A stretch of DNA of 63,007 bases, the filler included, from Octopus bimaculoides (taxonomy: Eukaryota), in NCBI RefSeq assembly GCF_001194135.2. It is 6 parts of 6 records of this genome, joined end to end, with 100 filler letters (N's around TTAATTAATTAA, not from the genome) between each part and the next. Parts side by side here need not be neighbours in the genome. Positions count along the whole stretch, not along the records: positions 48,162 to 57,535 come from NC_068983.1; positions 57,636 to 63,007 come from NC_069001.1; 4 more parts are not named here. One strand, given 5' to 3'. The position numbers were made by a program, and so were the translations under genes. The notes under the pieces were generated by a model, which ran no database searches, was not told where the DNA came from, and saw only the letters and a list, made by a program, of their open reading frames with translations. Below, piece by piece: positions 50,497-63,007 of the stretch. Within the stretch, counting starts at the first letter, position 1, and every line of letters starts with the position of its first letter.

Positions 50497-51245
50497 TTAT
50501 TACACTTGGAAAAGTTCAGGACAGCATATTACATCTGGTAAAGTACAAAACAAGAGCATTTTTATTTAAAATGTTGCAGCTATGGGTAAAATTTCAAATA
50601 AAATATTTAGATTTAGAAAATATTAGCTTTTATCAAAGCTAAAATTTTTATTACAAGTTATTACGTCTATTTGTTATTACTTATTACTTCTATTGAAAAT
50701 TTAAAAAATGACACTATTAAAATATTTTTGCACTTAAAAAAATCATTTTTTTAATTATTAATCAATAATTAAAAATTTGAAAATAGGTTGTAAAAAATAA
50801 TAGTAGTACATAATTATTTAATACAATAAATAGAACAATACAAGAATTAATTATATATATTACAATAAAATCTACCTATAACAACAAATTCACAGTAAAA
50901 TTTGCTTGAGTTATTGCCTAAGTTATTGCCAAGTCTAGACATTCTTAATCTTCACCCAATGCCCATTTTTTACATAATGAATTTGCCTACCATAAATACT
51001 ATTCTACTTCGCATCATACTTTAGCTCTATTGATACTTATGGCTCTAATTTTTTACGTATTCTAGTTTGTCAATATTTTAAGAAAACGATGGTACCTTTA
51101 ATTATAATGTTACTTTGTAAATTAAAATGAAATAATTTTTAATATTCAAATTTTATTCTTAGCTTCAATATTTTAAGTAAAAATTTTCTTGTTCTGTACT
51201 TTACCAGATGCAGTAAGCTGTCCTGAACTTTTCCAAGTGTGGTAA
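50497..51245. repeat. Diverged inverted repeat (old MITE-like), AT-rich spacer
   Basis: 50497-50554 against the reverse complement of 51188-51245: 58 nt with 6 mismatches, and weaker similarity continuing inward. Confidence 0.7.
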
Positions 51246-51714
51246 TCGAACTTTTCCAAGTTTAATAAATGAAAAAGTTAAATCCAATGTTTTGCCTTAA
51301 TTATATTTTTCTTCGCGATATTTTACATTATAAATTTTTTTTTAATACAAGTTTTTGTTATATGGGAACAAAACTATGAAATTATTTATGCTTTCTTCTG
51401 TCATTGAAGCTAAGATAAATATGTCTTGCTTTAAAAAAAAAAAAGTTATTTAGATCTAAACTTGATAACGTTGCTACAGATTTTGATGTAAAGATTTTTC
51501 TACTGGATCAAATCTCAATTTTTTATGCCAAAATTTAGCTAGGGACCAGTCGTCATAAAAAATGTTAGCAGTTTTCAATTTGGTTAAGAACTGATTTAGC
51601 GACAAGTTCTGAAAGATGTTGCATGTGAGTAAATTGCGGCCTTAAGAATATTAATCAGCTACTGAGAAGTGATTAAGATATATTTCAAACGTTACAAGCA
51701 TTAAGTTGTGTATG

Positions 51715-51759
<45 letters not shown>

Positions 51760-52149
51760 TATATATGAAGGTATGTATGTATATAATCTATGTATCAATG
51801 TATCTATGTGTGTGTGTGTAAGTATGTATGTATGCAAATGCAATGTTGGTTAGTGTCGCACTCTCGATCGCAAATGATCGTAGTTTCGATTTCCGAATCG
51901 ATCACATTGATACCAGACGTGTGGCACAACGTGCACCTGTGCAGGCAATCTCGACTTGATGGAAGGAGTATGCAAATGTACTGCACCAATATTTGATCAC
52001 TATTGACAAATTATCTATGCAGGTTATTTAGCAAGAAATTGCTGAACTCTCATATATCATTTAGAACAGGAGAATCTACCATGTGATTAATTTTATGAAG
52101 TTAAACTTATAGCTTTTTAAAACTTTTTCTCACAATGGTAAGAGATTTT

Positions 52150-52810
52150 TTGGAATAGAGTAGAGGACAAGTGGGTTATATATTACTGCGCCTCATATCA
52201 GAAGAGAACGGGAACTTCATTACATAAGGAGAGAAATTAAAATCTTTATGATGCAATACAGATGAGCTCTTGTCGAGGAAATAATGTAATGAGTTAATTC
52301 TGGCTAAATTTTTCAGGCTCAAAGGCGCAGAAAGCAATCGGTAATGGTAGAATAATGGGGATTCGTTTAACAGGAACACTTCTAGGTTCACCAGAATACT
52401 AGTTAATCAGACTAAATCTGGAAGATTGACCAACCCATGAGAAAATGTTGAGGCACCCATGCGAGATACCCAAATCAAGAACCCCGGTAAGCAGTTAACC
52501 TTTCCCATTTCCAACAAGGGTGGAAGGCAGATACCAAAGATAGAAGAGTCGTGATCCACGTATAGTACGGCTCTAATTGGAATAAGAGATGTCAAGAACT
52601 GTAGAGTTGGTATTCTGGTGAGAAAAATTACGTGGCCAGACATATGGATAATAGAAACACTTCACATTTCCTTCCTGCTGCAAGTAAAGTCAATCCTAAT
52701 GCAAGCAAATCTGCACAAGTTGGTCGTGGGAGAGTACCAGATGTGTAGAATATCTGGAGAATAGAAGTACCTTGGCGTACATCTTCAGGATATAACGGAG
52801 TAATTTACGA
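52150..52810 (+). mobile_element. Highly decayed LINE RT fragment
   Basis: Only short motifs survive (VNPNASKS.., KYLGVHL, LVNQTKSG). Confidence 0.3.
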
Positions 52811-54458
52811 AAGAAAATTCAGGTGGTGACAAAAGAATGTGCTCATGACAAAATATATATGTATATATATGTGTATGTGAGTGTGTGCGTGAGTGAGTGT
52901 TTGTATATATGTTGTGTAGACATACGTATATATGTATATATANNNNNNNNNNNNNNNNNNNNNNNNNNNNNNNNNNNNNNNNNNNNNNNNNNNNNNNNNN
53001 NNNNNNNNNNNNNNNNNNNNNNNNNNNNNNNNNNNNNNNNNNNNNNNNNNNNNNNNNNNNNNNNNNNNNNNNNNNNNNNNNNNNNNNNNNNNNNNNNNNN
53101 NNNNNNNNNNNNNNNNNNNNNNNNNNNNNNNNNNNNNNNNNNNNNNNNNNNNNNNNNNNNNNNNNNNNNNNNNNNNNNNNNNNNNNNNNNNNNNNNNNNN
53201 NNNNNNNNNNNNNNNNNNNNNNNNNNNNNNNNNNNNNNNNNNNNNNNNNNNNNNNNNNNNNNNNNNNNNNNNNNNNNNNNNNNNNNNNNNNNNNNNNNNN
53301 NNNNNNNNNNNNNNNNNNNNNNNNNNNNNNNNNNNNNNNNNNNNNNNNNNNNNNNNNNNNNNNNNNNNNNNNNNNNNNNNNNNNNNNNNNNNNNNNNNNN
53401 NNNNATATATTTATATATATACATACACACGTATACACATATATATGATATATGCATGCACACATACATGCATACATGTGTGTCTGTATGTGTGTGTGTA
53501 CGTGTGTGTGTTCGTGTGTGTGTGCATGTGTGTGTGTGTGTGTATGTGTGTCTGTGTGTATGTATGTGTGTGTGTGTGTGTGTATGTGTGTGTGTGTGCG
53601 TGTAAGAAATATCTGTCAGCATGTTCTGTTTGCACAGAAACAAAGCTAACCGAATATTATTCCTAGAACTTATTAAAGTATATCTTACATCTTGATGAAA
53701 TTGGGATCTGATGCATATGTAAGATATACCATTCCAAATGTAGGTAAAGCCAAACATAGCTTATTGATAAGACGATGCACATTCTTCACAGACGATGATA
53801 TCTCAGATTTCTGATACACGTGCAAACATCAATGAGGCATAAAGAATTTAGAGTGTCAGAGAATCATTCGCTTAGAAGTGCTTAGTAGTATTCTGTACAA
53901 ATAAATAGTAATAAGCACTTAACATCTCTGTCATGAAATCAAATATATTGCGATATATTTCTAAATAATTTAATACAAACGATTTTTTTGTTGATAACGG
54001 TTGAGCACTTTAATCTAAAAGGAGATCAGAGCAACGCCAATTTTGCCGGTTATATTCCTTCGTTAGGTCGTGAAATTTAATTCTCATTCCTCGACACGAT
54101 GCCGTAAATTATTCTTTATCAGACCAACAGAAAAGAATAGCCTACATTCTAAACACTATCCAACTTAGTGACATCTACATGCTTATAGGAAACCGAAACT
54201 TCACTCTCCGAGTATGAATACTTTATATCAACATGTTATATAAGCTTTTACACGAATTTGAACTCATATGCATTAGATTGGTTTATAATACACCCTGCGA
54301 TCGCTATACAGGTTTGCGTTAGGCACTTTGCACCTAAGCTGGAAATATATGACGAACATCTAAAAAATATAAAGGATGTTTGGGATAAATTTGCATAAAA
54401 GAAAAAGAAAACAATATCTCATTCAAAAATAAAAACTATTTTTAAAAATCAAAAAATA

Positions 54459-54672
54459 TTCTTTTCTACTCTAGGTACATAGACCGAAATTTTGGGGAGG
54501 GGGGCAGTCAATTAGATCCATCCCAGTACGCAATTGGTTCTTAACTTTCCGACTCCGAAAGGATGGAAGCAAAGTTGACCTCGGTAGAATTTGTACTCAG
54601 GACGTAAAGATAGACGAAATACTGCTAAGCGTTTGGCCCGGCGTGGTAATGTCTCTGCCAACTCGCCGCCTT
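54459..54672 (-). mobile_element. SINE family B
   Basis: Reverse-complement match to 56878. Confidence 0.85.
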
Positions 54673-54704
54673 AAAAAAATATATATTAACTAGGTTATAG
54701 ATAG

Positions 54705-54915
54705 GAGATAGCAGTTTACTCAAAGTAAACGCCTTCAGCTTCCACCGTGGCTTCAAGATGACTGGGTAATCTGGTGCATGCATTCCTCACCGTGTCTCAG
54801 GGAACATCTCCTTGATCTAGGCCACCAGATCGGCATTGAGGTTGCAGGCAAAGCGGTTAGTGTTTTTCACACCCGCGTACCACACATAAAAATCCATGGA
54901 ATTACAATTATGGAG
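54705..54915 (-). mobile_element. Tc1/mariner transposase C-terminal fragment
   Basis: Minus strand (frameshifted): CNSMDFYVW...NTNRFACN..IKEMF..RNAC.R..S.LEATVEAEG.YFE*. Confidence 0.7.
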
Positions 54916-55312
54916 GATTAGAAAGCCAGAAATTGGGGCTAGTTAAGTGGTAGGAATTCGTCGATAACCACTTCTGACACTTTCCAGGTATGGCACTGAT
55001 TCCAGTGGCATTCTCTATTATTATTAATAACATGACTATTATAAAGGGTTAGTTGGCTTCTACCAGCTGTGGTGGAGTGAGCATTACTGACGAGTATTAA
55101 TTTCCTATACAAAATTAGCATGCTAATCTAATGCATCTCGTTCACAATGGGGAGGGTTTTCTCCCCTGACAGTACAAAGTGACAATGTATTTTCGTGGCT
55201 AAGAGGTCTACGATTCCTAATTCTAGCAATACTGGTGCTCATTGCACCCTTGTCACTCTTAGTGGCGGTGAATTATTTCCTTGCTGGTTTTAAATTGCTG
55301 CTAGCCACCTTG

Positions 55313-55334
<22 letters not shown>

Positions 55335-55351
<17 letters not shown>

Positions 55352-55900
55352 TATATTAGACAAAATGAGATAGCAAAGCCAAGGCAGTGAAGGGTTTTCA
55401 GGACATTTATAAGGAAAAATATATAGATATAGTCTTACGGATGTTTCTGGGATAGTATAGATATCCCTTCATCAGAGACGATGTGGGATGGTTAGTTAAA
55501 TAGAGGTAAATATTTGAGTTCGGAATAAGGAATTAATACGGAAAATTAGGAGATAGGAAATATAGGGGGAAATAAGAGAATGAAAATAGAAATAAAAATA
55601 TATAATATAAAAAGATATTGTAGATAATCTGAGGGGAGGATGGGAGAGGAGTGGTGGAGGGATAGGAAGATATGAAAAGGTAAGTGAGTGTGAGATGTGT
55701 GAGTAGAGGTGATGTGATAGAACTGCATTAAAGAATGGGTAGAGAAACGGTTTGGATGGGGTGTTACCAAAGTGAGTAGTAATTTTAGTACTAAATTTTG
55801 AAGTGGATGGAAGAAGACAAGGATGTCAAATTTCTATAAATAGACGTACGTGATTATATAGGTTAGTGTGATAGGAAGGAATAAGCGAAGAGGAAAGACA
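55335..55900 (-). mobile_element. Penelope-like pseudo-LTR remnant
   Basis: Pyrimidine-rich minus strand leading into a hammerhead motif. Confidence 0.55.
55432..55479 (-). ncRNA. Minimal type I hammerhead ribozyme
   Basis: GUCU-CUGAUGA-AGGGAUA-ucuauac-UAUCCCA-GAAA-C-aucc-GUA-AGAC. Stem I 4 bp; stem II 6 bp plus an A.A mismatch at its base; 2-bp stem III. Confidence 0.65.
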
Positions 55901-55979
55901 GTATTATGGCATACGCACGTACGCGCGGGCACAAGTAAATATACATGTGCGCATGTGCCTATATACATACACACACACA

Positions 55980-56017
<38 letters not shown>

Positions 56018-56877
56018 NNNNNNNNNNNNNNNNNNNNNNNNNNNNNNNNNNNNNNNNNNNNNNNNNNNNNNNNNNNNNNNNNNNNNNNNNNNNNNNNNNN
56101 NNNNNNNNNNNNNNNNNNNNNNNNNNNNNNNNNNNNNNNNNNNNNNNNNNNNNNNNNNNNNNNNNNNNNNNNNNNNNNNNNNNNNNNNNNNNNNNNNNNN
56201 NNNNNNNNNNNNNNNNNNNNNNNNNNNNNNNNNNNNNNNNNNNNNNNNNNNNNNNNNNNNNNNNNNNNNNNNNNNNNNNNNNNNNNNNNNNNNNNNNNNN
56301 NNNNNNNNNNNNNNNNNNNNNNNNNNNNNNNNNNNNNNNNNNNNNNNNNNNNNNNNNNNNNNNNNNNNNNNNNNNNNNNNNNNNNNNNNNNNNNNNNNNN
56401 NNNNNNNNNNNNNNNNNNNNNNNNNNNNNNNNNNNNNNNNNNNNNNNNNNNNNNNNNNNNNNNNNNNNNNNNNNNNNNNNNNNNNNNNNNNNNNNNNNNN
56501 NNNNNNNNNNNNNNNNNNNNNNNNNNNNNNNNNNNNNNNNNNNNNNNNNNNNNNNNNNNNNNNNNNNNNNNNNNNTAACAATTTAAAAATGATAATAACA
56601 GAATCAATAATGTAGGCGATTGCCGGCCGCAAAAAGCATTAAATAGCTGAAGAATTGAAATCAATCGAAGGACATTCTAAGTATGTCTACCTGTTGGAAA
56701 TAACAGTCAAAACTCTTATTTAAATCGCCAAAATACACTGATAATAACAACAGAAATCAACAGTCCGAAGTTAAACGGGCTAAGAAAATCTCTCAGCATA
56801 CATTCAAGTATTTGGACTCACGTGGACCGGTTTCTGGACTGGCATAATAGCCTAAGCAATATATGTAGCCACTTTGT

Positions 56878-57075
56878 AGGCGGCGAGCTGGCAGAAACGT
56901 TGGCACGCCGGGCGAAATGCTTAGCGGTATTTTGTCTGTCTTTACGTTCTGAGTACAAATTCCGCCTAGGTTGACATTGCTTTTCATCCTTTCGGGGCTG
57001 ATAAGTTAAGTACCAGTTGCGTACTGTGTTGATCTAATCGACTGGCCCTCCCTCCCCCAAAATTTCGGGTCTAGA
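56878..57075 (+). mobile_element. SINE family B, young and CpG-intact
   Basis: GGCGGCGAGCTGGCAGAAACGTTGGCACGCCGGGCGAAATGC head. Confidence 0.9.
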
Positions 57076-57470
57076 TTATCAATGAATATTTGTAGACTCT
57101 TTAACATGGCTGTCATTTCGAGCGGACTCTACTGCGATTTTTTCACTTCAAGAGGACATCTTCTCAATTTCTGGTTATCGATGGACGGCTGCATCCAATA
57201 AAATTTGAACAAGGGAGTGAACTCCTACCATCTACTAACGACGGGACCAGTAGACCAATTCTGGTTTCGGACTATTTCTGTCACTACTCACCTCGTGTGT
57301 TGGACACCTCGTGTGCTAGAGATGATAGCATCTCGCTCCTGCACGCAATATATATATTTCAAGCGAACACACAGTCGCTGATTTTGCAACAAGCAAAAAT
57401 GGTAGTTCTAAAATCTCTCTAAGAGATCAACGCAGTAGTTGTACTGACAAGTAATATATACTCAAAATAG

Positions 57471-57535
<65 letters not shown>

Positions 57536-57787
57536 NNNNNNNNNNNNNNNNNNNNNNNNNNNNNNNNNNNNNNNNNNNNTTAATTAATTAANNNNNNNNN
57601 NNNNNNNNNNNNNNNNNNNNNNNNNNNNNNNNNNNTATATATCGTTGTTTTGGAAACCGTATTGACAACCGTGAAACTCTGTTGTTACGCAAGACTAAGC
57701 AAAGATTTGCAAACAAAGTAACTGACCTTAGATTGTTCTGGAAACAAAATCTCAAATCTCTGCTTTGCCCTTTGTTCTTCTCTATTT

Positions 57788-57826
<39 letters not shown>

Positions 57827-60639
57827 CTCTCTCTCTCTCGTCCATTCTTCCATTGTATGAAGCACAAACTGTGTATGCACACACAAATATATACATATGT
57901 GTATAGCTACACACACACATAATTGTTGTGAGATAGAAAGATATAAATAGGTATATGTATATATGTGTATATATATATATGTGTGTGTGTGTGTACATAC
58001 ATACATATATATATACTATATATATACATACGTGTGTTTACACGTAGATTTATTTGTAAACATACGTATGTATAGACATGTTTAGATATATTTATTGTTA
58101 TGTACACATACACATACCCACACATGCACGCACACACATACACAAACACACACATACACACACATATACATCCACATGTATATATGTTTTTAATGTATTC
58201 TTTAATGTATGTCTGTATGTCTTGTATAACAACGAACTAACTCAAACAGAAAACCTGATGACATGGAGCGGAAAGGCAAGAATCACCGTAAACGAAGAGC
58301 GAGAGAAAACATCCATTACGTTGGCAACAAACATGAAATATATATAAAAATGGTTATATTTCAAATAAACGCCATTTTGAAGTATTTTCGAGGACACTAA
58401 ACAGATTGTCGGATGCATCTTCTGTCTTTGAAAAGAGTACATGAAGTTCACATATTTAGGAAATAGTCTCTGTTACTGCAAATGTATGAATATTTATAAC
58501 TGCTTCAATACTCATTATTTATCATATTATATCCTTTTCTGTTTTATCATCTCTTCTCTTCCTTTACAGCTTCGTTTTGTTTTTTTCTTTTTCTCTTTCG
58601 TTCTTTCTCTTTGCTTCTTTAAGTTGGCAGTCATTTTTGTTCCTTGTTTTCATTGTATTCTTTCTCCTTATTTTCTTTCCTGTCTTCCATTTCTTTCACA
58701 TTTTGTTTTTTCAAACACTTTTCTTTCGTTTTTCTATTAAGCTTTTCTGTTGTTTCTTTGAATCAATTTCTGTTTATATATTTTTTTTAAATGTTACTTC
58801 TTATCTGTTTTTATTTCAATATTTTTCTCTATTTTTTTCTTTACGTATCTTTCCTCTTATTTTCTATACAACTGCCCTTTCCTCCTTCTGTCTCTCATTC
58901 ATTCTTTCTAAAATTCGTTCTTTATACCTTCCGCTTTTATTCATTTTTTATTTTTTCATTTACGCCTTCTTTCTTTCCATTCATTCATGTTTCACATTTA
59001 ACCGCTTCATTCCTTCTTTTCAATCCTCTTTCTTATTCCTTCATGTAACTATATATTCCTATTTATCGCCCTTTGCGTTGTAGTTCTCTTCACATTTTTC
59101 ATCCATTCAAACTGTAAATGAATGTCGTTTCATTTTTATTTCATTATTTTGAATCATGCTTCATTCGCTGTATTGTATTACTGTTTGTCTATTTTCTTGT
59201 TGACATTTTGATTTCCATGTATTTGTGTGTCGGACATTTCCAGAGACCAAGATTGGTGACTTGATAGTTTAATTATCAATAACTACGTTCAATTTAGACT
59301 AATTCAATAACGAGCTGGCATTAATTACGACAGGATAATTCCTGGAAGCAGTTTCTCCTTGTTGTTCATACCATGTTTATTAGTACACTCCATACTAACG
59401 GGAACGATTCAATGTGATTACTTGAATTGCGAAAATTAGGAGCCAAATCTCGATCAAATAACACGATATTGTGTGGAAAAAATCCTAGATATATAATACC
59501 TGACAAAATATCAGAATTGGAAAGCCTTTGATTACAGGTCTGTTGAACCTGTGCTAATTCCAAATAAACACAAAGATAAATGGACGCATTATATACCATT
59601 TCTAATATATATATTTATACATAATGTATGTATAAGATAACGTACACACTGCCAGTCATGCTTGTCAATGATACAAAAGACTATTGAGGAATTGTAAGAT
59701 ATTTTAAGCTTAACGAACAAAAGTACACACAGCTCGAGAACCACGTCTTACCGTTTCACATATTAACAGACACACAGACACATGCACATACTCTCTCTCT
59801 CTCTCTCTCTCCCTCTTTCCCTCTCTCTCCCTCTCTCTCCCTCTTTCTCTCTCTCTCTCTCTTTCTCTCACACACACACACAGACACACATTTATAAATA
59901 CGTAAATACTTAAATACTTAGATAGATAAGTCTCGGCCAGAATCGGCCCAGGCCATGACTAATTTAAAAGCACCAGATTGAAAAGGAATTAAACGATGTT
60001 CATATTACAGACATTGTTTTCGCTCCATTTACGTAAAGAGTTACTGTTTGCAGAGACATACCCGAGTATAAGTGGTTGTCGAGATACATCCGGTTGTAGG
60101 TGGTTATTTGCTTTCCATTACACGTGTTCCATTTGCTAATAGGAATCACAAAACCGTACATGTAAAAGAAACATGCAAGACCTCCTCCATTAGAAATACT
60201 TCAGAGAGAGAATCAAATGCTATTGGTTCCAAATAGATATATATATATATATATATATATANNNNNNNNNNNNNNNNNNNNNNNNNNNNNNNNNNNNNNN
60301 NNNNNNNNNNNNNNNNNNNNNNNNNNNNNNNNNNNNNNNNNNNNNNNNNNNNNNNNNNNNNNNNNNNNNNNNNNNNNNNNNNNNNNNNNNNNNNNNNNNN
60401 NNNNNNNNNNNNNNNNNNNNNNNNNNNNNNNNNNNNNNNNNNNNNNNNNNNNNNNNNNNNNNNNNNNNNNNNNNNNNNNNNNNNNNNNNNNNNNNNNNNN
60501 NNNNNNNNNNNNNNNNNNNNNNNNNNNNNNNNNNNNNNNNNNNNNNNNNNNNNNNNNNNNNNNNNNNNNNNNNNNNNNNNNNNNNNNNNNNNNNNNNNNN
60601 NNNNNNNNNNNNNNNNNNNNNNNNNNNNNNNNNNNNNNN

Positions 60640-60692
<53 letters not shown>

Positions 60693-61024
60693 CATACATG
60701 CATACAAATGGATGCATGTACAGGCATGTGTCTTCCAAAAAAGGCTGCTGTTACCAAATTTCCCCTCTTACTGTAAACGACCAAACGTGAAAGTAATGCC
60801 AATCATGATAATGAACGCATATTTCTAAAGTTACACTTACACACACACACACACACACGTGTGCGCATGCACAAACGCATGCGTACACTTATACATACTA
60901 ATAATACATAATAATGTTTTCTTTGTCAAATTAATTCGGGAATTATCAGCCCTTCCCAGTTTTTTTGCTCGCCACATTCCGAGTCTCTGCTGATAGCAAT
61001 CCATACATGCATACACACACACAC

Positions 61025-61061
<37 letters not shown>

Positions 61062-61195
61062 TGTACATGCACGTACTGTGGCTTTATGTTTGTATTTTTT
61101 TACATCGACCGATACGTGGATAGAAGGTAAGACATAATATTTTTCTTCTTCTTCTTCTATAATTGCTTTCTTTCTTTCTTTATTTATTTATTTAA

Positions 61196-61290
61196 AGAGC
61201 AAAGTCGCTAAATGAATATCGTTTCCGTAGAGCAAAGTCGCTAAATGAATATCGTACCTGCAGAGCATAGTTGCTTCAAATGATAAACTC
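61196..61290. repeat. 33-bp tandem repeat, about 3 units
   Basis: agagcaaagtcgctaaatgaatatcg starts at 61196 and 61229, with a degenerate third unit at 61262. Confidence 0.85.
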
Positions 61291-61545
61291 CAGTTGAAGA
61301 AGAATATACTGTATATTTGTCAATTGCAATATTTTAAAGAAAAAAAAAGAAAACATATCTACTTTCCTTAAAAGTAATCATCACCATCATCAACATTTAA
61401 CGTCTGCTTTCCGTGCTGGCATGGGTTGGCTGGCTTGACAGGAAATGGATAGGTCAGGCACCACACCGTGTTCCAGCCATGGAACACATAGCTGTTCCAT
61501 AAAGCTAAAGTGTTTAGCATCTAAATTCGACGTATAAATTTGTCA

Positions 61546-61620
61546 GCGAGTTGTGGAGCTTAATGGTGAAGAATTCAGCCGGAGTCTTTGAGAGATATGG
61601 GTTCAAGTCCCATGACTGGT
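61546..61620 (+). pseudogene. tRNA-like sequence (degenerate tRNA or SINE head)
   Basis: A-box-like tggagcttaatgg; T-arm atggg-ttcaagt-cccat; imperfect acceptor stem; no clean anticodon arm. Confidence 0.4.
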
Positions 61621-61761
61621 TATTGACAAATTCTTTCGCCTTGTAAGGATTATTTACCAAGTAATTCTGCTGTTCTAACGGAAACGCTGCGTTCGAAAAA
61701 ATATCATTTTATTTCTATCGTACAATACACATTACGACACAGCTAATAAAAATATTTGTCT

Positions 61762-61803
<42 letters not shown>

Positions 61804-62199
61804 ATACACATAAAAAATATATATATACACACCCACGCGCTTTGACACACACACACGTGTGTGTGTGTGTGTGGAGCTGTAGACAGGTTGTACTTCCTAC
61901 GCAAAAATGGTGGCCGTGATCTCAAACCATGAAAATCTGGTCGCTGTTTCTTAGAAGTCTATCTTTCTCGTTTGTTGCTGCAGCTGTTTCAGTTGTTATT
62001 GTTGTTGTTGCTGCTGCTGCTCTCTTTCTAGTTATGATTGTTGTTGTTGGTGATGATGTTATTGCTGCTTTTTGTTTTACTGTTTGCTTTCGTTTACCTT
62101 CGCTTTTCATTATCTTTGCAATGATGCTGAGAATTAAGTCTTTAACCAAATCTTGTTGGTGATCAATACAACGAGGTGACGTTCAGATTCTTTGATTAA

Positions 62200-62900
<701 letters not shown>

Positions 62901-63007
62901 TCGGACAGACGGACTTGTGCTATTTTGCCATTGACAAGTGCTTACACGCTCATTTATCACATACATACAGACATGCATGCATACATATATATATATATAT
63001 ATATATA

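Overview
Eukaryotic, AT-rich, repeat-saturated genomic DNA from a gapped short-read scaffold with many N runs. Five of these runs are 100-bp placeholders made of 44 N + TTAATTAATTAA + 44 N. The SINE and LINE repertoire resembles octopus (Octopus bimaculoides-type); this is recognition from memory, not a database hit. No intact protein-coding gene is visible, and almost every ORF in the track is microsatellite or N-gap noise. What can be supported: decayed R4/Dong-type LINEs with a restriction-like endonuclease (REL), RTE and L1/Tx1 LINEs, at least two lineages of Penelope-like elements (PLEs), Tc1/mariner and Gypsy fragments, hAT-, piggyBac- and Merlin-like MITEs, a foldback MITE interrupted by a canonical Helitron, and about 40 tRNA-derived SINE copies in three families. 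The most interesting signals are: (i) hammerhead-ribozyme folds in PLE terminal repeats, including one complete motif with a 67-nt extended stem II; (ii) a MITE with an 8-bp target-site duplication (TSD) built around a head-to-head telomeric (TTAGGG) palindrome; (iii) a Helitron whose helicase remnant runs antisense to its TC...CTAG polarity; (iv) LINE coding sequence turned into tandem or displaced duplications; and (v) candidate plus-strand micro-exons of an unidentified host gene, which would make the window largely intronic. These are variations on known element classes. I found no evidence for a wholly new multi-gene system.
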